Assembly: GCA_009691445.1 (NCBI GenBank)
Contig: SICL01000007.1
Location: 6,916 to 70,915, forward strand
Reading direction: 5' to 3'
DNA length: 64,000 nucleotides
Source: Candidatus Taenariivivens baikalensis
GTDB taxonomy: Bacteria > Omnitrophota > Omnitrophia > Omnitrophales > Aquincolibacteriaceae
Shown: positions 15,001 through 20,587 of the stretch, in pieces
Layout: every line of letters begins with the position of its first letter
Position numbering within the stretch: the first letter of the stretch is position 1
The notes under the pieces: model-generated
Database searches by the model: none
What the model was told of the DNA's origin: nothing
Seen by the model: only the letters and a program-made list of their open reading frames with translations
Position numbers and translations under genes: made by a program

Positions 15001-16209
15001 CTCAGGACTGAAATGATGGGAAGGAGTAATCTCAAGAAATTGTTTACTGCCGGCGAAGCGCATCCCCGATGATTTTTTTCCCTCAACGCCATACTCGGGA
15101 TGTTCATGGGCAATTCCGCTATGGCCATATCCTGAACTATCGGAAAGAATACCGGCGCGTTCATCCAGATGCCAGGATCCGACCAATGCTTGCGGATTCC
15201 CAAAATGATTCATCGCCTGTGTTTCGCTCAAAGCCTTGGAATAAAACGCAACCTCATCAAGCACTCCGTCAAAAAAATTCTTCATTTTATTATCAATCAG
15301 AGCGCCCAGATAGAGAGGGATATTGGTTTGAAATACGGGACCCGTAAAAGTCACCGGCTGTGTGTCCAAAGCACCGTTCAAATAGACACGCAGCTCATTT
15401 CCCGTATAAACTCCCACCGCGTGGTACCAGTGTCCCGGACTCAGCACCGTCTCTCCCGTTACGCGAGTCGAGATTGAACCATCACGGGAGACCTGAAAAT
15501 CCAGTTTTCCTTCCGAAGAGATTTGGAGGGCAAAAGATTTCTGAGATCCGATCGTCTGCCAACGCGAGACGAGAGCCTGAACCTTGCCTTTCACCGGAGA
15601 AACAGGACGAATCCAGGACTCCACAGAAAAAGGCCCCTTGAAATTAAACGTGTCATAATCAGGAATAAAAACATGGCTTTTGACCCCATCAAAAAGACGG
15701 GCATAGTTGAATCCTGTTTGGCCGCTGACCATCTCAGTGTCATTGGTCTTAGCAACATTTTTCCCCACAGCATCCAGAATGTTGGTTCCGCTGGGTTCAT
15801 CCAGATGCCAAAGCGCCATAAGACCTGCGGTATCTTCGTCCACGGGAGCCGGAAGAAAATTTTCGGGGCTAGCTTCAGAGCTCTGCGGAATCAACTCAAG
15901 GGCTTCGTTTGTCGCCCAAGTATTTTCATCATAAGTTCCGAGATCGAAGGGAATACGGCCTTTATCCTTATAAAGTATTTTCTTTTTTAAGGAAGCCTGT
16001 TTTTCAGAAACCTGAATCTTCTGGGGATCAAAACGGTAATCTTCCTGATTCTCAAAACCCCATTTCCGGATCTGTGCATAGAGCGTGGAAGAAAAGGCCA
16101 AGGAAAGAAAAAAGATGACGGTCCATACGCCCAATAAATAAAACCCTCGGATACCGCGGGTTTTATGAGGTTCTTTGGGTTTCAAAAAAAACATTTTTTT
16201 GATGCTCAT
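1..16209 (-). CDS. Giant secreted/surface protein, N-terminal 5,403 codons (C-terminus beyond window edge): signal anchor + 4 LamG-like modules + >=44 tandem Kre9/KNH-like Ig-fold repeats
   Basis: The minus-strand frame with start ATG at rc(16207-16209), preceded by in-frame TGA at rc(16213-16215), is open for every codon down to position 1. The supplied ORF track omits it; it lists only scattered <=131-aa ORFs in other frames across 1-16200. My own translation gives N-terminus MSIKKMFFLKPKEPHKTRGIRGFYLLGVWTVIFFLSLAFSSTLYAQ (hydrophobic signal/anchor). The first ~1,100 aa carry four LamG/ConA-like signatures (ALWHLDEPSG, GSWHLDERAG, LYHLDEPSG, LWHFNEKN). The remainder is ~96-aa units of pattern SPxGGExWxVGxxxxIxWxTxGxIxxVxLEYSxDxFxxDxxxIxxxxxNxGxYxWxVPDxIxxxxKxRxSD repeated in tandem. 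Confidence 0.85.
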   Translation of the reverse strand, partial: MSIKKMFFLKPKEPHKTRGIRGFYLLGVWTVIFFLSLAFSSTLYAQIRKWGFENQEDYRFDPQKIQVSEKQASLKKKILYKDKGRIPFDLGTYDENTWATNEALELIPQSSEASPENFLPAPVDEDTAGLMALWHLDEPSGTNILDAVGKNVAKTNDTEMVSGQTGFNYARLFDGVKSHVFIPDYDTFNFKGPFSVESWIRPVSPVKGKVQALVSRWQTIGSQKSFALQISSEGKLDFQVSRDGSISTRVTGETVLSPGHWYHAVGVYTGNELRVYLNGALDTQPVTFTGPVFQTNIPLYLGALIDNKMKNFFDGVLDEVAFYSKALSETQAMNHFGNPQALVGSWHLDERAGILSDSSGYGHSGIAHEHPEYGVEGKKSSGMRFAGSKQFLEITPSHHFSPEGQLTLEMWVKPEKLPGKGEVMPLVSNFGGQADYSVSLVGPLGKMHAASSLLSPPDFTGQHALMPNEWHHVAVTWGQGRLSIYVDGVLDSSASYSGELRISEKSDLVIGTDSARSSWFQGVLDDVAIYRRVKNKYEIAADANLFPPSGIYVSKVKDAGSQSPWQTLSWQPLQSYGKQIQKEEKGMLHLYHLDEPSGSLFQDEMNETPANAMGTYAVPGVFSQARWFSKKGYDKIISQKTFPSLSTFTISLWFQFKSSEPQGVDRIFSVGDENPSLYRSAPDGRLHVVSTGARKIVSDVAILDSRWHHAALTSDGHSLFLYLDGDLSGSSPFVRATAAEPLIIGNLKSSDTFEGAVDEFAFFNYGLDKKTITDEYLSAKLDTKFLVRTSESESFTNSEWRGPQGPAASEIRPSESTVALWHFNEKNLQGSSNEVADDSRYANHGVAYGHGIASSEGVISRGIYLNGASDFIEVADSESLHLHDAFTLSAWIRPEEVEKESSRIIDKHYAGGAPIFSSFSLELLSGNRLGVRLGHEGGYHLESSDQDGQIGVGRWNYVAATWNGKEIRLYINGSLVKKASFHSPIFYDKGALYLGRYGSGAAGFFHGGIDEALIAAEALSDHEVANLFFKTNPENAYRGISPQKLEVAPGRYFQYLALLKTEDAAVGPTIKSVSVQGNDYSVDKPAIINNKSVSFAAISDFRERLGTHHKGMITYQISRDGSNWYYHNGRHWVVAASIAESNTAAQVAQRIYLFPSEVGIGSFYFKAFLHSPSGVEPVELESLELEYLPNKLTVTSPNGGEGWLVGSPQTLQWNSAGEVAAVNLEYSRDDFKKDFHSIVKDFKNAGSYKWTVPDTIDPMIKIRVMDALDPRIYDTSDITFRIMGAFEVSTPNYRERWEVGSKQDIIWKALGSMFEVKLDYSTDEFKNQIYPIVDSMKNEGTYHWTIPDHISKTAKVRISDVRDFKTMDISNDAFTIHGRLQVVYPEAHARFQVGSNQGIRWKTLGSIPAIKLQYAVKNEEGEQEWKKIENVYPNHGDYVWPVPDQIDQAVTIRVSDPNDDKVFSDSSKFIIMAAMEILNPKGGEYWTVGSRRKIAWKTTGTVSSVNLEYTSIDRAFQKDLQDGKLALDDKAFKWNLIEKGLTNIGSYAWVVPDSLTENAVIRVTDAGDPQAGALCRNPFRIIPGFVLQTPNGSEAWAIASEHDIEWETKGSMQEVRLEYSKDAFVKDAHTLIDRASNIGRFSWKLPDDASPKVWVRVSDPDTPQASDISDVPFRLYGTFEFSSPLGGEKYEVGTLASIQWETKGNIPQVKLEYSHDNFNKDARVIAPSILNHGQYTWTVPDDIGSGYYFRISDPRDPQAAVISDGVFSVVGKFYLLTPVGGENLVVGTVQNITWKGAGSVAFIRIDYSEDDFTKSFVTLAEATANNGIFKWEIPNKIGQGFKLRIWDPSHPESMYVMAHSSRIIGGFMLDSPNGGESLYVGEPFDVSWKTSGNVDRVKLDFSDDNFTKRIWEISDTVENLEKYLWKIPDMPAGLYKLRISDPRDSYSFDISNSDFRIRSRVTLMSPKGGEGWAVGEKHAIQWKTSGMISKVKIEYSTDDFKSSSTIAEAVPNTGVYEWTVPNYVAQSIKFRISDVSDPGARVVSTSTMKTQAILSLTTPRGGEVWHVGQTYPILWKSSGEVKGVKIEYSRDGFISEAKTIIPSTPNQGIYNWTVPDEISRHTKIRVMDLTDSQTQVMSKTPFQIAGSFQMMGPNGQEIWHALEKREISWVSVGTMPEVDLSFCAVQNDAKEECSNNHDDNRFVIDKGVVNSGRYVWDIPRLVGEKFKVKVCDSQNPEICDESDHPFALNSPFEIVYPRGAEIWPVGSDQEIRWHTYGNVARVLIQYATPASVDSITNGKKITWKTLAEGLDNQEYFLFKIPDDISKNVIFKLADWDDEELYSATSHPVMFAGTFTLLIPNGGEKWAAGATQKIVWDTLGSVPNARLEFSTDNFDHDVNVIESSYTNTGNYPWTLPPALGKAVTVRISDASNPKAFDLSDKPFKIMPGFVMISPDGNEVWKVGSKQKISWKTIGGTEKIRLQYATGLEWKNIVDRIANGGSFEWMVPNDVSKAAKVRVINDSDLDAWDASNAPFEIRPDIIVTSPNGEENFFVGQPAEIRWVSIGSVGALKMEYSKDGFVKDVHPIAQDVSDKSPFVWTPGDDITQSAVIRVISQKNDKVRDGSDHAFSILPKIQVLKPKAGDMWKVGSEHAVEWDWRGTLDKVNVEYSTNDFMTTSVIARDLPNTGKVSWTIPDQVNEKIRIRVMDAAHSASLGISPSFLKVVPGYGIIHPNGGEPWKVGQRETIQWKTFGTSPRVILQYGIFTDKGPVEWKDVTRPIQNKGEFSWEIPADVSSQVKMRVLDTQDSQAVQISEKPFKILAQFPTLSPKPSQNLFVADKFELKWKTLGNVPSVKLEFSAADENSRETNQFELIESDWANRGNYFWTVPDTINEAIRLKISDAREPDSFTLSEPFRIRGRLTGKISEGQINWPVGTAQTIFWKSVGSIEQVDLSYQLPEQNDWKVIIRGIPNTGSYGWKIPDDVAQKVKLRVADSNNSEVFDELKDKITIAARLEFKEPKAGEILEVGATQEISWNTFGKIQRAWLEYSANGGGWIPVAGPVPDSGSFEWTVPDAISSTARLRIRDGDNDAAFAISSNFQIRGGLSLTSPNGGEVWGVGNSQVIEWKTTGTIPKIKLEFLSSTLLGTGQQVRTVPNRVERQIFLIKDGVVNQNRFECVIPNRIANDVSVRVTDVRDPQVYSESKKPFSVIGTFRLISPQGSEVWIVGSSQSINWMTQGSVPKIRLEYSRDDFYRDINAIVTEAANTGMLTWKIPNMISDQVTLRILNAEDSRAQMTLTKPFKIAGALAMKLPGSNETWTVGELKELIWTTTGTIPQIRIEFSRDNFQKDVQVIENVWVNKNRYEWKVPDVISSSARFRVANANDAKIYALTNPLKIQGRIHLSSPQLGEALTVRGHCPIRWETTGTIPKVRLEYSRDNFRSDVQMIAPKAPNSGLWDWQIPDDVGAGVKVRATDLENAQVYGESEKPFKILAQFSLASPKPGQNLFVSDKFEMKWQTLGHVPSVKLEFSSTDQTGPELGKYELIESYWANHDNYFWTVPDKISETIRFKISDAQEPDSVFISEPFHIRGRLNGRISEGQINWPVGTSQTIFWKSVGSIAQVSLSYRLPEQKGWKPIARGIPNTGSYGWQIPDDVAKEIKIRISDSNNSEVLSELKEKITIAARFEFKEPKAGEISEVGSIKEIAWNTLGKIQRTWLEYSVGGENWAAIAGPVQDLGGFKWTVPDSISSTARLRIRDGDNNAAFAVSPNFQIRGRLDLVTPSGAEVWGVGQSQVIEWKTTGTIPQIKLEFLSSTLLGTGQQVRPVPNRVERQSFLIKEDAANQNRFEWFVPNQIADDIKVRISDARDPQVFSESKQPFSIIGTFGLISPKGDEVWGVGSTQPIAWISRGDIPKVHVEYSRDDFYRDINVIVTQTPNAGMLMWKIPDVIADHVTIRISDAEDPRAVTTSLKSFKITGALAVTLPTQNETWTVGEPRELTWTTTGTIPQVRIEFSRDDFQKDIQVIENRLANKNRYEWKVPDVISTSLKFRILNAKDAQVAAMSNPVKIQGRIQLTTLQSHEILTVLGHRELKWETMGTVPKVRIEYSRDNFHSDIHIIASNVLNTGLWDWQIPDDIGAGVKVRVMDEFNFSVADATPQSLDIQGALTLMEEVDQPRFVVGSKRNVMWNTTGTIPVVRLEYFKEDGVAHPVLIADALKNKGNFFWNVPDDISDRIRLRVSDIRTETIFGVSQTPIPIVGALSLLEPKAGVAAQVAARQAVRWSTVGTIPQIRLEYSVSDPAQDKEGNTLWNLVTGSVDNQGIFQWMVPNDISNTVRIRVSDARDPLVNSISGTPFAIQGGIQLFEPHGRERWIVDTKHEIVWNSVGTLPQVKIEYSRDQFQKDIHLIQDQVANTGHLMWTVPDDISDKVKIRVSSATDPRVASIHKDPISIMGDFVFLEPEGNPIWNVGSEQKIEWQTIGTVPQVKLEYMVSTKEAMTSQEFHTIQTGIPNQGSFLWTIPDKTNSKILIRVSDARDATVATLSQKQIKIIGSFKFHMPESAENWLVGETRKLQWDTLGTISRIDLEVSADNFQEKSIAIEKAGPNDNAYAWKVPDLIAKQVVVKIINSEDPSVFAVSDPFEIRGGLRVLQPAGNQTFQVGEKQTVEWKTVGSIPAVDLEFSTDQFVSDRRKIGTISSQSGHYDWIIPDAISDHLWMRVSDAKDSAVQSMTIKPFKISGHFELLNPKGGEIFFVEGHATLNWKTIGTIPSVHLEFSRDGFRQDRQTIIRDLKNEGLYEWLVPDAMSDQIWVRVVNAADASVVAGHEAPVKIQGKLALLKPAGEEIWKVGSEQSLQWKSVGSIAEVRLEYSNMDSSLPTTQRWTDPSSGGRGSEAIGAIYPEIASLLARNEKRRSEWLVIQDHLPNHGIYLWRLPDNLPSSIRVRVVDVSNSVVFSESASPVKIEGTLRMIFPDKKEKWQVGSKKEIVWESRGSIHQVKIEYSTDSFRHDSHVINSPDANSGRYLWEIPDLVTQELTVRISDAQNPDVQTLSPFPIAVVGRLRLETPQGGERWEAGSHQEISWATLGTIAQVNLEYSKDQFIRHRQPISQLLPNTGHYLWKVPDDISSSIWVRVADSMNLSVEMTSEQALTIAGSFFLKRPSAGQIWTVGNTETLEWDTNGGILRVRLEYSTDDFVSSTPMSAVTPNVGRYEWKIPDVVSNQLKVRVLDAQDDHVYATSASPVKIQGALNFISPVAQDFWVSGAEKAISWSTHGMIPYVTLEYSDDNFSHATPVIIGLANSGNYNWTVPDLATNEMQLRIMNAQDQSVLSLSPVFHIGGTLQLLSPAGGEIWKVGETQEIKWKTSGSIPKVKIDLSSDQFHRDIQTLTAAWDNAGAYSWTVPDMIRSQAQ
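4732..4780. repeat. Second, slightly degenerate copy of the same in-CDS palindrome (aaccctattgggaactg-N-ctgtccctaatagggtt) in duplication copy 2
   Basis: Read directly from the sequence; it sits at the homologous position 2,010 bp from the first copy. Confidence 0.7.
6742..6790. repeat. Perfect 17-bp inverted repeat with 15-nt spacer (aaccctattggggacag-N15-ctgtccccaatagggtt) embedded in-frame in the giant CDS
   Basis: Read directly from the sequence. It encodes LLGTGQQVRTVPNRVE and lengthens the LEYS-to-NxGxYxW segment of that Ig repeat by ~13 aa relative to neighbouring repeats. Confidence 0.75.
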
Positions 16210-16223
16210 CCGTTCATCAAGCG

Positions 16224-17270
16224 TTATCGGACTTTTTGTTCTAATTCAAGCGCCAAAACATATCCTTCAACTTTCTTGGCATCCGGAGCCTTTGGATTCA
16301 CGGCGATATATCTCTGATAATGATAAAGCGATTTTTCGCGGTCCTTGAGAAAATCGTCGTAGAGAATGCCAAGATTGTAATGGGTGTCTGGATCATTCGG
16401 CATCAGCTCCAGTGCTTTTTCATACTCAGTGATCGCTTCTTTATACCGTTTATTTTGAAGAAAAACCGTGGCAAGATTGTAATGCATTTGAGCATTTTCT
16501 CTCATCATTTTTTGAGAAATACGACTCGCCCTGGCAAGACCCGGAACCGCATCTTTGAATTTGGCTTTCAAAATCTCAATCTGTTCGCGGTATTCCTTAT
16601 TTTCTTTGATCAAATTCTTCTGACGTATTTCCAGGGTCTGGATGTAAGAGGTTTTCTGCCGCAATTCTTTATTTTCCGCCACAATCTTGTGGAGCTCTTC
16701 TCTGTCCATTTCAAGCGGCGTCATCTGCCGTTTCATTTCCTCAAATTGTTTTTCATACTCGAATACCTTTTGTGCCATTTTTTTATTTTCTTCCTGCAGG
16801 CGGTTCCGATCCTCCAAGACCTGATTGATTTTTTCAGGCGTGTATTCCGTCATGATTTTAGCCAGTGAATCACTCCGGTCTTTTTCTTCCTTCAGCTTCC
16901 GTTCCAGATTTGTTTTCTCTTCCGCGGAAAGTTCCCGATCCTTAGAGCGAGCAGCTTTGATTTTCGCCAACTCTCCGCTCAAGATAGCATTCTCTTTTTT
17001 GAAAGATTCCAGTTCTACCCCTGCGCCACTCGTCAAATTCTTAAGTTGCTCAATTTTAGCCAGCAAATCCGCTTTCTCTTTTTGAAAAAAACGTGCTTGC
17101 TTCAAAATGTTATTGCGATCGGATTTTAGGTCCTCCAATTCTCGGGAAAGTTTTGCATTTTTCTGAGTCAGCTCCTTCACGGTCACCGCAGGATCGGCCT
17201 CAGTTCCAGCAAAACCAAGCGGCATCCATGCGGCCAGAAAGATCATCCATGCCATTCCAATTTTTTTCAT
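16224..17270 (-). CDS. Secreted coiled-coil protein with C-terminal TPR repeats (MshN-like by context)
   Basis: ORF 16224..17291. The likely start is internal MKKIGMAWMIFLAAWMPLGFAG (signal peptide) with GAGG 5 nt upstream. A long heptad-like K/E/L-rich stretch (KELTQKNAKLSRELEDLKSD...) is followed by TPR-like AQMHYNLATVFLQNKRYKEAITEYEKALELMPNDPDTHYNLGILY. The stop lies 14 bp upstream of the giant gene start. Confidence 0.6.
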   Translation of the reverse strand: MKKIGMAWMIFLAAWMPLGFAGTEADPAVTVKELTQKNAKLSRELEDLKSDRNNILKQARFFQKEKADLLAKIEQLKNLTSGAGVELESFKKENAILSGELAKIKAARSKDRELSAEEKTNLERKLKEEKDRSDSLAKIMTEYTPEKINQVLEDRNRLQEENKKMAQKVFEYEKQFEEMKRQMTPLEMDREELHKIVAENKELRQKTSYIQTLEIRQKNLIKENKEYREQIEILKAKFKDAVPGLARASRISQKMMRENAQMHYNLATVFLQNKRYKEAITEYEKALELMPNDPDTHYNLGILYDDFLKDREKSLYHYQRYIAVNPKAPDAKKVEGYVLALELEQKVR

Positions 17271-17316
17271 TTTTTCCTCAGCCTGTCCCACGTAATAACG
17301 AAAGTTAGTTAATTTT

Positions 17317-18930
17317 TTAATACGTTTTAAAGGGTTTTAGAGTCTTATCGGCAATCTGTCGATCGGTAAATGTCATATCACCCGAGACGACATTGGGCGT
17401 CAAAAAAATAACCAGCTCGATTTTTTCAAGCTGCTCGCTTGTATTTCGGAATAAGGCTCCCACAAGAGGAATGTCTCCAAGAATAGGCGTTTTCTTGACG
17501 GTTTTGACTTTCTCATTTTTTCGTAATCCTCCAATAATAATTGTCGTGCCATCTTTCACCATGACTGTTGTTTCAGATAAGGTCGTGTCGACAATGGGAA
17601 TCGCATTTTGAGTCGGCGTGATCAGGGTTCGTGCGACGCTGGAGATTTCCGGTTTTATTTTCATGGTCACGTAACCATCGTCATTAATGATGGGCGTCAC
17701 CTCCAGAGAAATCCCCACATCCACAAATGTCACATTCTCCGCGGTCGTAGACGTTGTTTGTCCGGTGGTGGTCGTCGTTGTCACAAAGGCCTCGCGTGTC
17801 CCGATCATAATACGGGCAGATTGTTTATTAATAACAGCCAAACGCGGACTCGCCAGCACCTTGGTCTGGCCGACCGTGCTCAGATAATCAATCGTGGCAC
17901 TGGTCTCATCCGTTGAGACATTTCCGATTTGTAAGCGTCCATAATTTGTCAGCGTCGGTTTGAAGGTCCCAGTCAAAATGGGCCGGTATTTCGCGACTCG
18001 AAAGGCATTGTCCGTATCTCTGAAAAGTCTTTGCCAGTTGATCCCCATATCAAAATCATCGCTCAAAGTGACTTTAACAATTTTCGCTTCGATCAACACT
18101 TCCCGCGTCTTTTCATCGAGGGCACGGACAATCCTCTCGATTTCATCCATGCGTTTGGGAAGCGCGGAAACCACCAAAGAATTACTGCGTTCATCCGCCT
18201 TGACCGTTCCCAGCTTTAAAGCATCCAACCTTTCTTTCAAACTGACTTCCACTTTTTCCGCCTCTGCGTACCTAAGCTGAAAAATCCGGAGATTCTGACC
18301 TTTCTCCATCTCATAAATAACCTTTTCCATTTCCTGGATTTTTTCCGGGAGATCCATCAAGATAAGTGTGGCTGAATCTTCATCCACGACCACTTTCCCA
18401 ATATCACTTTTGATGGCGCTTAAGACCGTAAAAATCTGATTCGGAACCGCATAACGAAGCTTAAACACTTTGGCGATGCGCAAATCTGAAAACCGTTTTC
18501 CGTATAGTGCCTGAAATTCAGTTTCGCTCATCACGTTATAAATTTCGCCCTGCTTGGCAATGGCAAGATTGTTACTCAGAAGGATGATTTCCAGAACATC
18601 CGCCACGGAAACATCGGTCAAATAAAGCGACACGCGGCCTGCCACGTTTTTTCCGATAACAAGATTAAGACTTCCCTTCATTGCCAGGAATTTTAGCGCT
18701 TCCGAGATTTCAATATTTCTCAGATCAAGCGTCACTCGTTCCTTAAGTCCTTCCGCCTTGGTATCGATCATAATCCGCGGAGGCGCAGTCGAAACCCCTT
18801 CCTGGGCTGAGGACCCGGGATGCTGAGCCATGGAAATTGGTGCCATGATCATCATGACAATTCCGAAAATCATGATGGCCCTGACAGACCGCCTGTCAGA
18901 ATTAAAAAAGCGATGCTTCTTCACCTTCAT
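17317..18930 (-). CDS. Secretin, GspD/MshL type (N0 + two secretin_N domains + secretin C-domain)
   Basis: 537 aa with a signal peptide (..MIFGIVMMIMAPISMAQ). Two secretin_N-like modules are present (VFKLRYAVPNQIFTVLSAIKSDIGKVVVDEDSATLILMDLPEKIQEMEKVI and IFQLRYAEAEKVEVSLKERLDALKLGTVKADERSNSLVVSALPKRMDEIERIV). The C-terminal secretin domain reads VLASPRLAVINKQSARIMIGTREAFV..TTTTTGQ...TVMVKDGTTIIIGGLRKNEKVKTVKKTPILGDIPLVGALFRNTSEQLEKIELVIFLTPNVV. Confidence 0.85.
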   Translation of the reverse strand: MKVKKHRFFNSDRRSVRAIMIFGIVMMIMAPISMAQHPGSSAQEGVSTAPPRIMIDTKAEGLKERVTLDLRNIEISEALKFLAMKGSLNLVIGKNVAGRVSLYLTDVSVADVLEIILLSNNLAIAKQGEIYNVMSETEFQALYGKRFSDLRIAKVFKLRYAVPNQIFTVLSAIKSDIGKVVVDEDSATLILMDLPEKIQEMEKVIYEMEKGQNLRIFQLRYAEAEKVEVSLKERLDALKLGTVKADERSNSLVVSALPKRMDEIERIVRALDEKTREVLIEAKIVKVTLSDDFDMGINWQRLFRDTDNAFRVAKYRPILTGTFKPTLTNYGRLQIGNVSTDETSATIDYLSTVGQTKVLASPRLAVINKQSARIMIGTREAFVTTTTTTGQTTSTTAENVTFVDVGISLEVTPIINDDGYVTMKIKPEISSVARTLITPTQNAIPIVDTTLSETTVMVKDGTTIIIGGLRKNEKVKTVKKTPILGDIPLVGALFRNTSEQLEKIELVIFLTPNVVSGDMTFTDRQIADKTLKPFKTY

Positions 18931-19621
18931 AAGTAACCGTCACCTTTTCTTTTTCAATGTTCTGAACTTTCAGGCCATTAATTTCCTGGCCCCGCTTTAA
19001 AAAATAAGTTTTCCCGCTCTCAGTTTGTTCGATCATGGCAAGCGGGCTCGTGTTTGTCCAAGAGATTCCCACCAATTTGATGCTCTGCATGATCTTGGCC
19101 ATCTTGTCACTTTTAGGCTGAGAAACAGAAAGGACTTCCGGCTTGGCTTCTTCTTTCTCCGCCAGCTTCCCTGTCATCAGCATAAAAGGATTTCTCCTCG
19201 CCATCATGTCATGATAGTACTTCACATCATGCTGGGCTTTTTCGCCCTTATCTCCTTCCCGCGAAGAAAAAGCCGAATCATTCAAGCTGACTTGGGACAG
19301 GAATTTTTTGGGATCCCCTTTTAAAATGGAAAGATCCAACGCAAGATAAATCCCGCACACCAAAACACCCGCAATCAAAAAAGCATTGACGCCCTTAATG
19401 TAAGCAAAAGGATTGGCATCTTCAACCGCGACTGAACTGCGCTTGGGTGCTTGATTCCTGGAAACGGAAAAAAGTTTTCCCCAAGGAATTCCCGGAAGAG
19501 AAAATTTTCGTTTCCCCGTTTTCGGAGTTCCCTTACCCTTCTGAGGGTTCTTGGAATCCAAACCCGGATTCTCAATCAATTTAAGTAATTGCTCTTCTGG
19601 AGTGGGTTTTGGCTGTACCAT
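18902..19621 (-). CDS. Bitopic inner-membrane protein with periplasmic beta-domain, GspC/PilP-like (putative secretin partner)
   Basis: 239 aa. It has a basic/proline-rich cytoplasmic N-region, a single TM helix (AFLIAGVLVCGIYLALDLSIL) and a C-terminal domain (IKLVGISWTNTSPLAMIEQTESGKTYFLKRGQEINGLKVQNIEKEKVTVTYEGEEASLF) that resembles the GspC HR / PilP secretin-binding fold. Its stop overlaps the secretin start by 29 nt. Confidence 0.4.
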   Translation of the reverse strand: MVQPKPTPEEQLLKLIENPGLDSKNPQKGKGTPKTGKRKFSLPGIPWGKLFSVSRNQAPKRSSVAVEDANPFAYIKGVNAFLIAGVLVCGIYLALDLSILKGDPKKFLSQVSLNDSAFSSREGDKGEKAQHDVKYYHDMMARRNPFMLMTGKLAEKEEAKPEVLSVSQPKSDKMAKIMQSIKLVGISWTNTSPLAMIEQTESGKTYFLKRGQEINGLKVQNIEKEKVTVTYEGEEASLF

Positions 19622-20445
19622 CCGGCACGCACATCCTGGTTCACAAGCTCTTCAATGTTGTTTGAGGTAATCACTTGCTGATTTTTCATTACCAGGCTCT
19701 TGAGAGCCCGGTGGCATAACATCGCAGTTTTCCGGGGATAACCACGGGCGGCCCGGTGAATTTCACGCACAGCCTCTTCCAGGAAAAGACGATAGCGTGA
19801 CTTAAAACCGGCCTGTCGCAAACGAAAATCAATCATTTCCCGGGTCTCTTCCTGATCCAGAGGCTCCAGAACGCACTTCAAACTTACGCGGTCGAGAAGA
19901 TTATGCATCTCTACCAACGTGGGCATGAGTTCCACCTGGGAAAGTAAAACGACCTGAATCAGCTTATAGGCATTTGTTTCGTAATTGAGCAGCATCCTTA
20001 AAATTTCAAGGCAGGACCGGTTCATTTTCTGGGCCTCATCGATAATGAGCACCACGGTCTGTTTTTCCTGGACTCCTTTTTGAAACAGGTAGCGTTCCAA
20101 GGCTTCTTTGTAATCCCAAAGAGTGGACTGAGGAACACTCAAATCAATACCGAAAGTCCGGATTAGATCTTGAAGAAATACCTGTTCATTAGGATAAGAA
20201 GGATCCAGAATTAAATGAAAAATAAATCCTTCCCGGTCACGAAGCATCTGAATCAATTTTCGCCCCAGGGTTGTCTTGCCGGTACCTACCTCCCCCAAAA
20301 CCACACTCAAACCTCTCTTGAGTCTTAGATCGATCATCAGATTAGCGAGAACCGCTTTGTGATTTCTCGACTCATAAAAATAGAGGGGGTCCGGACTCGT
20401 TGAAAAAGGCTCATCGTCCAAGCCAAGCACCCGGTAGTAACTCAT
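19576..20445 (-). CDS. ExeA/GspA/MshM-like AAA ATPase (AAA_22)
   Basis: The likely start is MSYYRVLGLDDEPFSTSPDPLYFYESRNHKAVLANLMIDLRLKRGLSVVLGEVGTGKTTLGRKL with a perfect AAGGAG 7 nt upstream (rc of 20446-20460). It has a Walker A GEVGTGKTT and Walker B VVLIIDEAQ. There is no C-terminal peptidoglycan-binding extension. Confidence 0.8.
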   Translation of the reverse strand: MSYYRVLGLDDEPFSTSPDPLYFYESRNHKAVLANLMIDLRLKRGLSVVLGEVGTGKTTLGRKLIQMLRDREGFIFHLILDPSYPNEQVFLQDLIRTFGIDLSVPQSTLWDYKEALERYLFQKGVQEKQTVVLIIDEAQKMNRSCLEILRMLLNYETNAYKLIQVVLLSQVELMPTLVEMHNLLDRVSLKCVLEPLDQEETREMIDFRLRQAGFKSRYRLFLEEAVREIHRAARGYPRKTAMLCHRALKSLVMKNQQVITSNNIEELVNQDVRAGWYSQNPLQKSNYLN

Positions 20446-20587
20446 CCGAATTCTCCTTAAAAATCGTCTCAAAACACAGCTTTTACGTCTTTGTAAAAAT
20501 CGGCAGTCTGTCAGGAGAACTTGAGACAAGTTACTGAAAAAAAAGCACTTACAACATTTTTGGGGGGAAGGAAAATAGGGAAGCTGG

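Noticed and set aside
88-16118. About 60 plus-strand and other-frame ORFs of 60-266 aa listed by the ORF track across the first 16 kb (e.g. 9025..9825 +, 8083..8625 +, 15523..15990 +)
   Set aside because: All lie antisense or out-of-frame within the single continuous minus-strand giant ORF. They are low-complexity or R/N/I-rich, lack start context, and are typical shadow ORFs of a repetitive coding region.
16320-16868. 182-aa plus-strand ORF (F/L-rich) opposite the coiled-coil/TPR gene
   Set aside because: It is the antisense translation of a K/E/L-rich coiled-coil coding region, which yields a F/L/K shadow; no independent evidence supports it.
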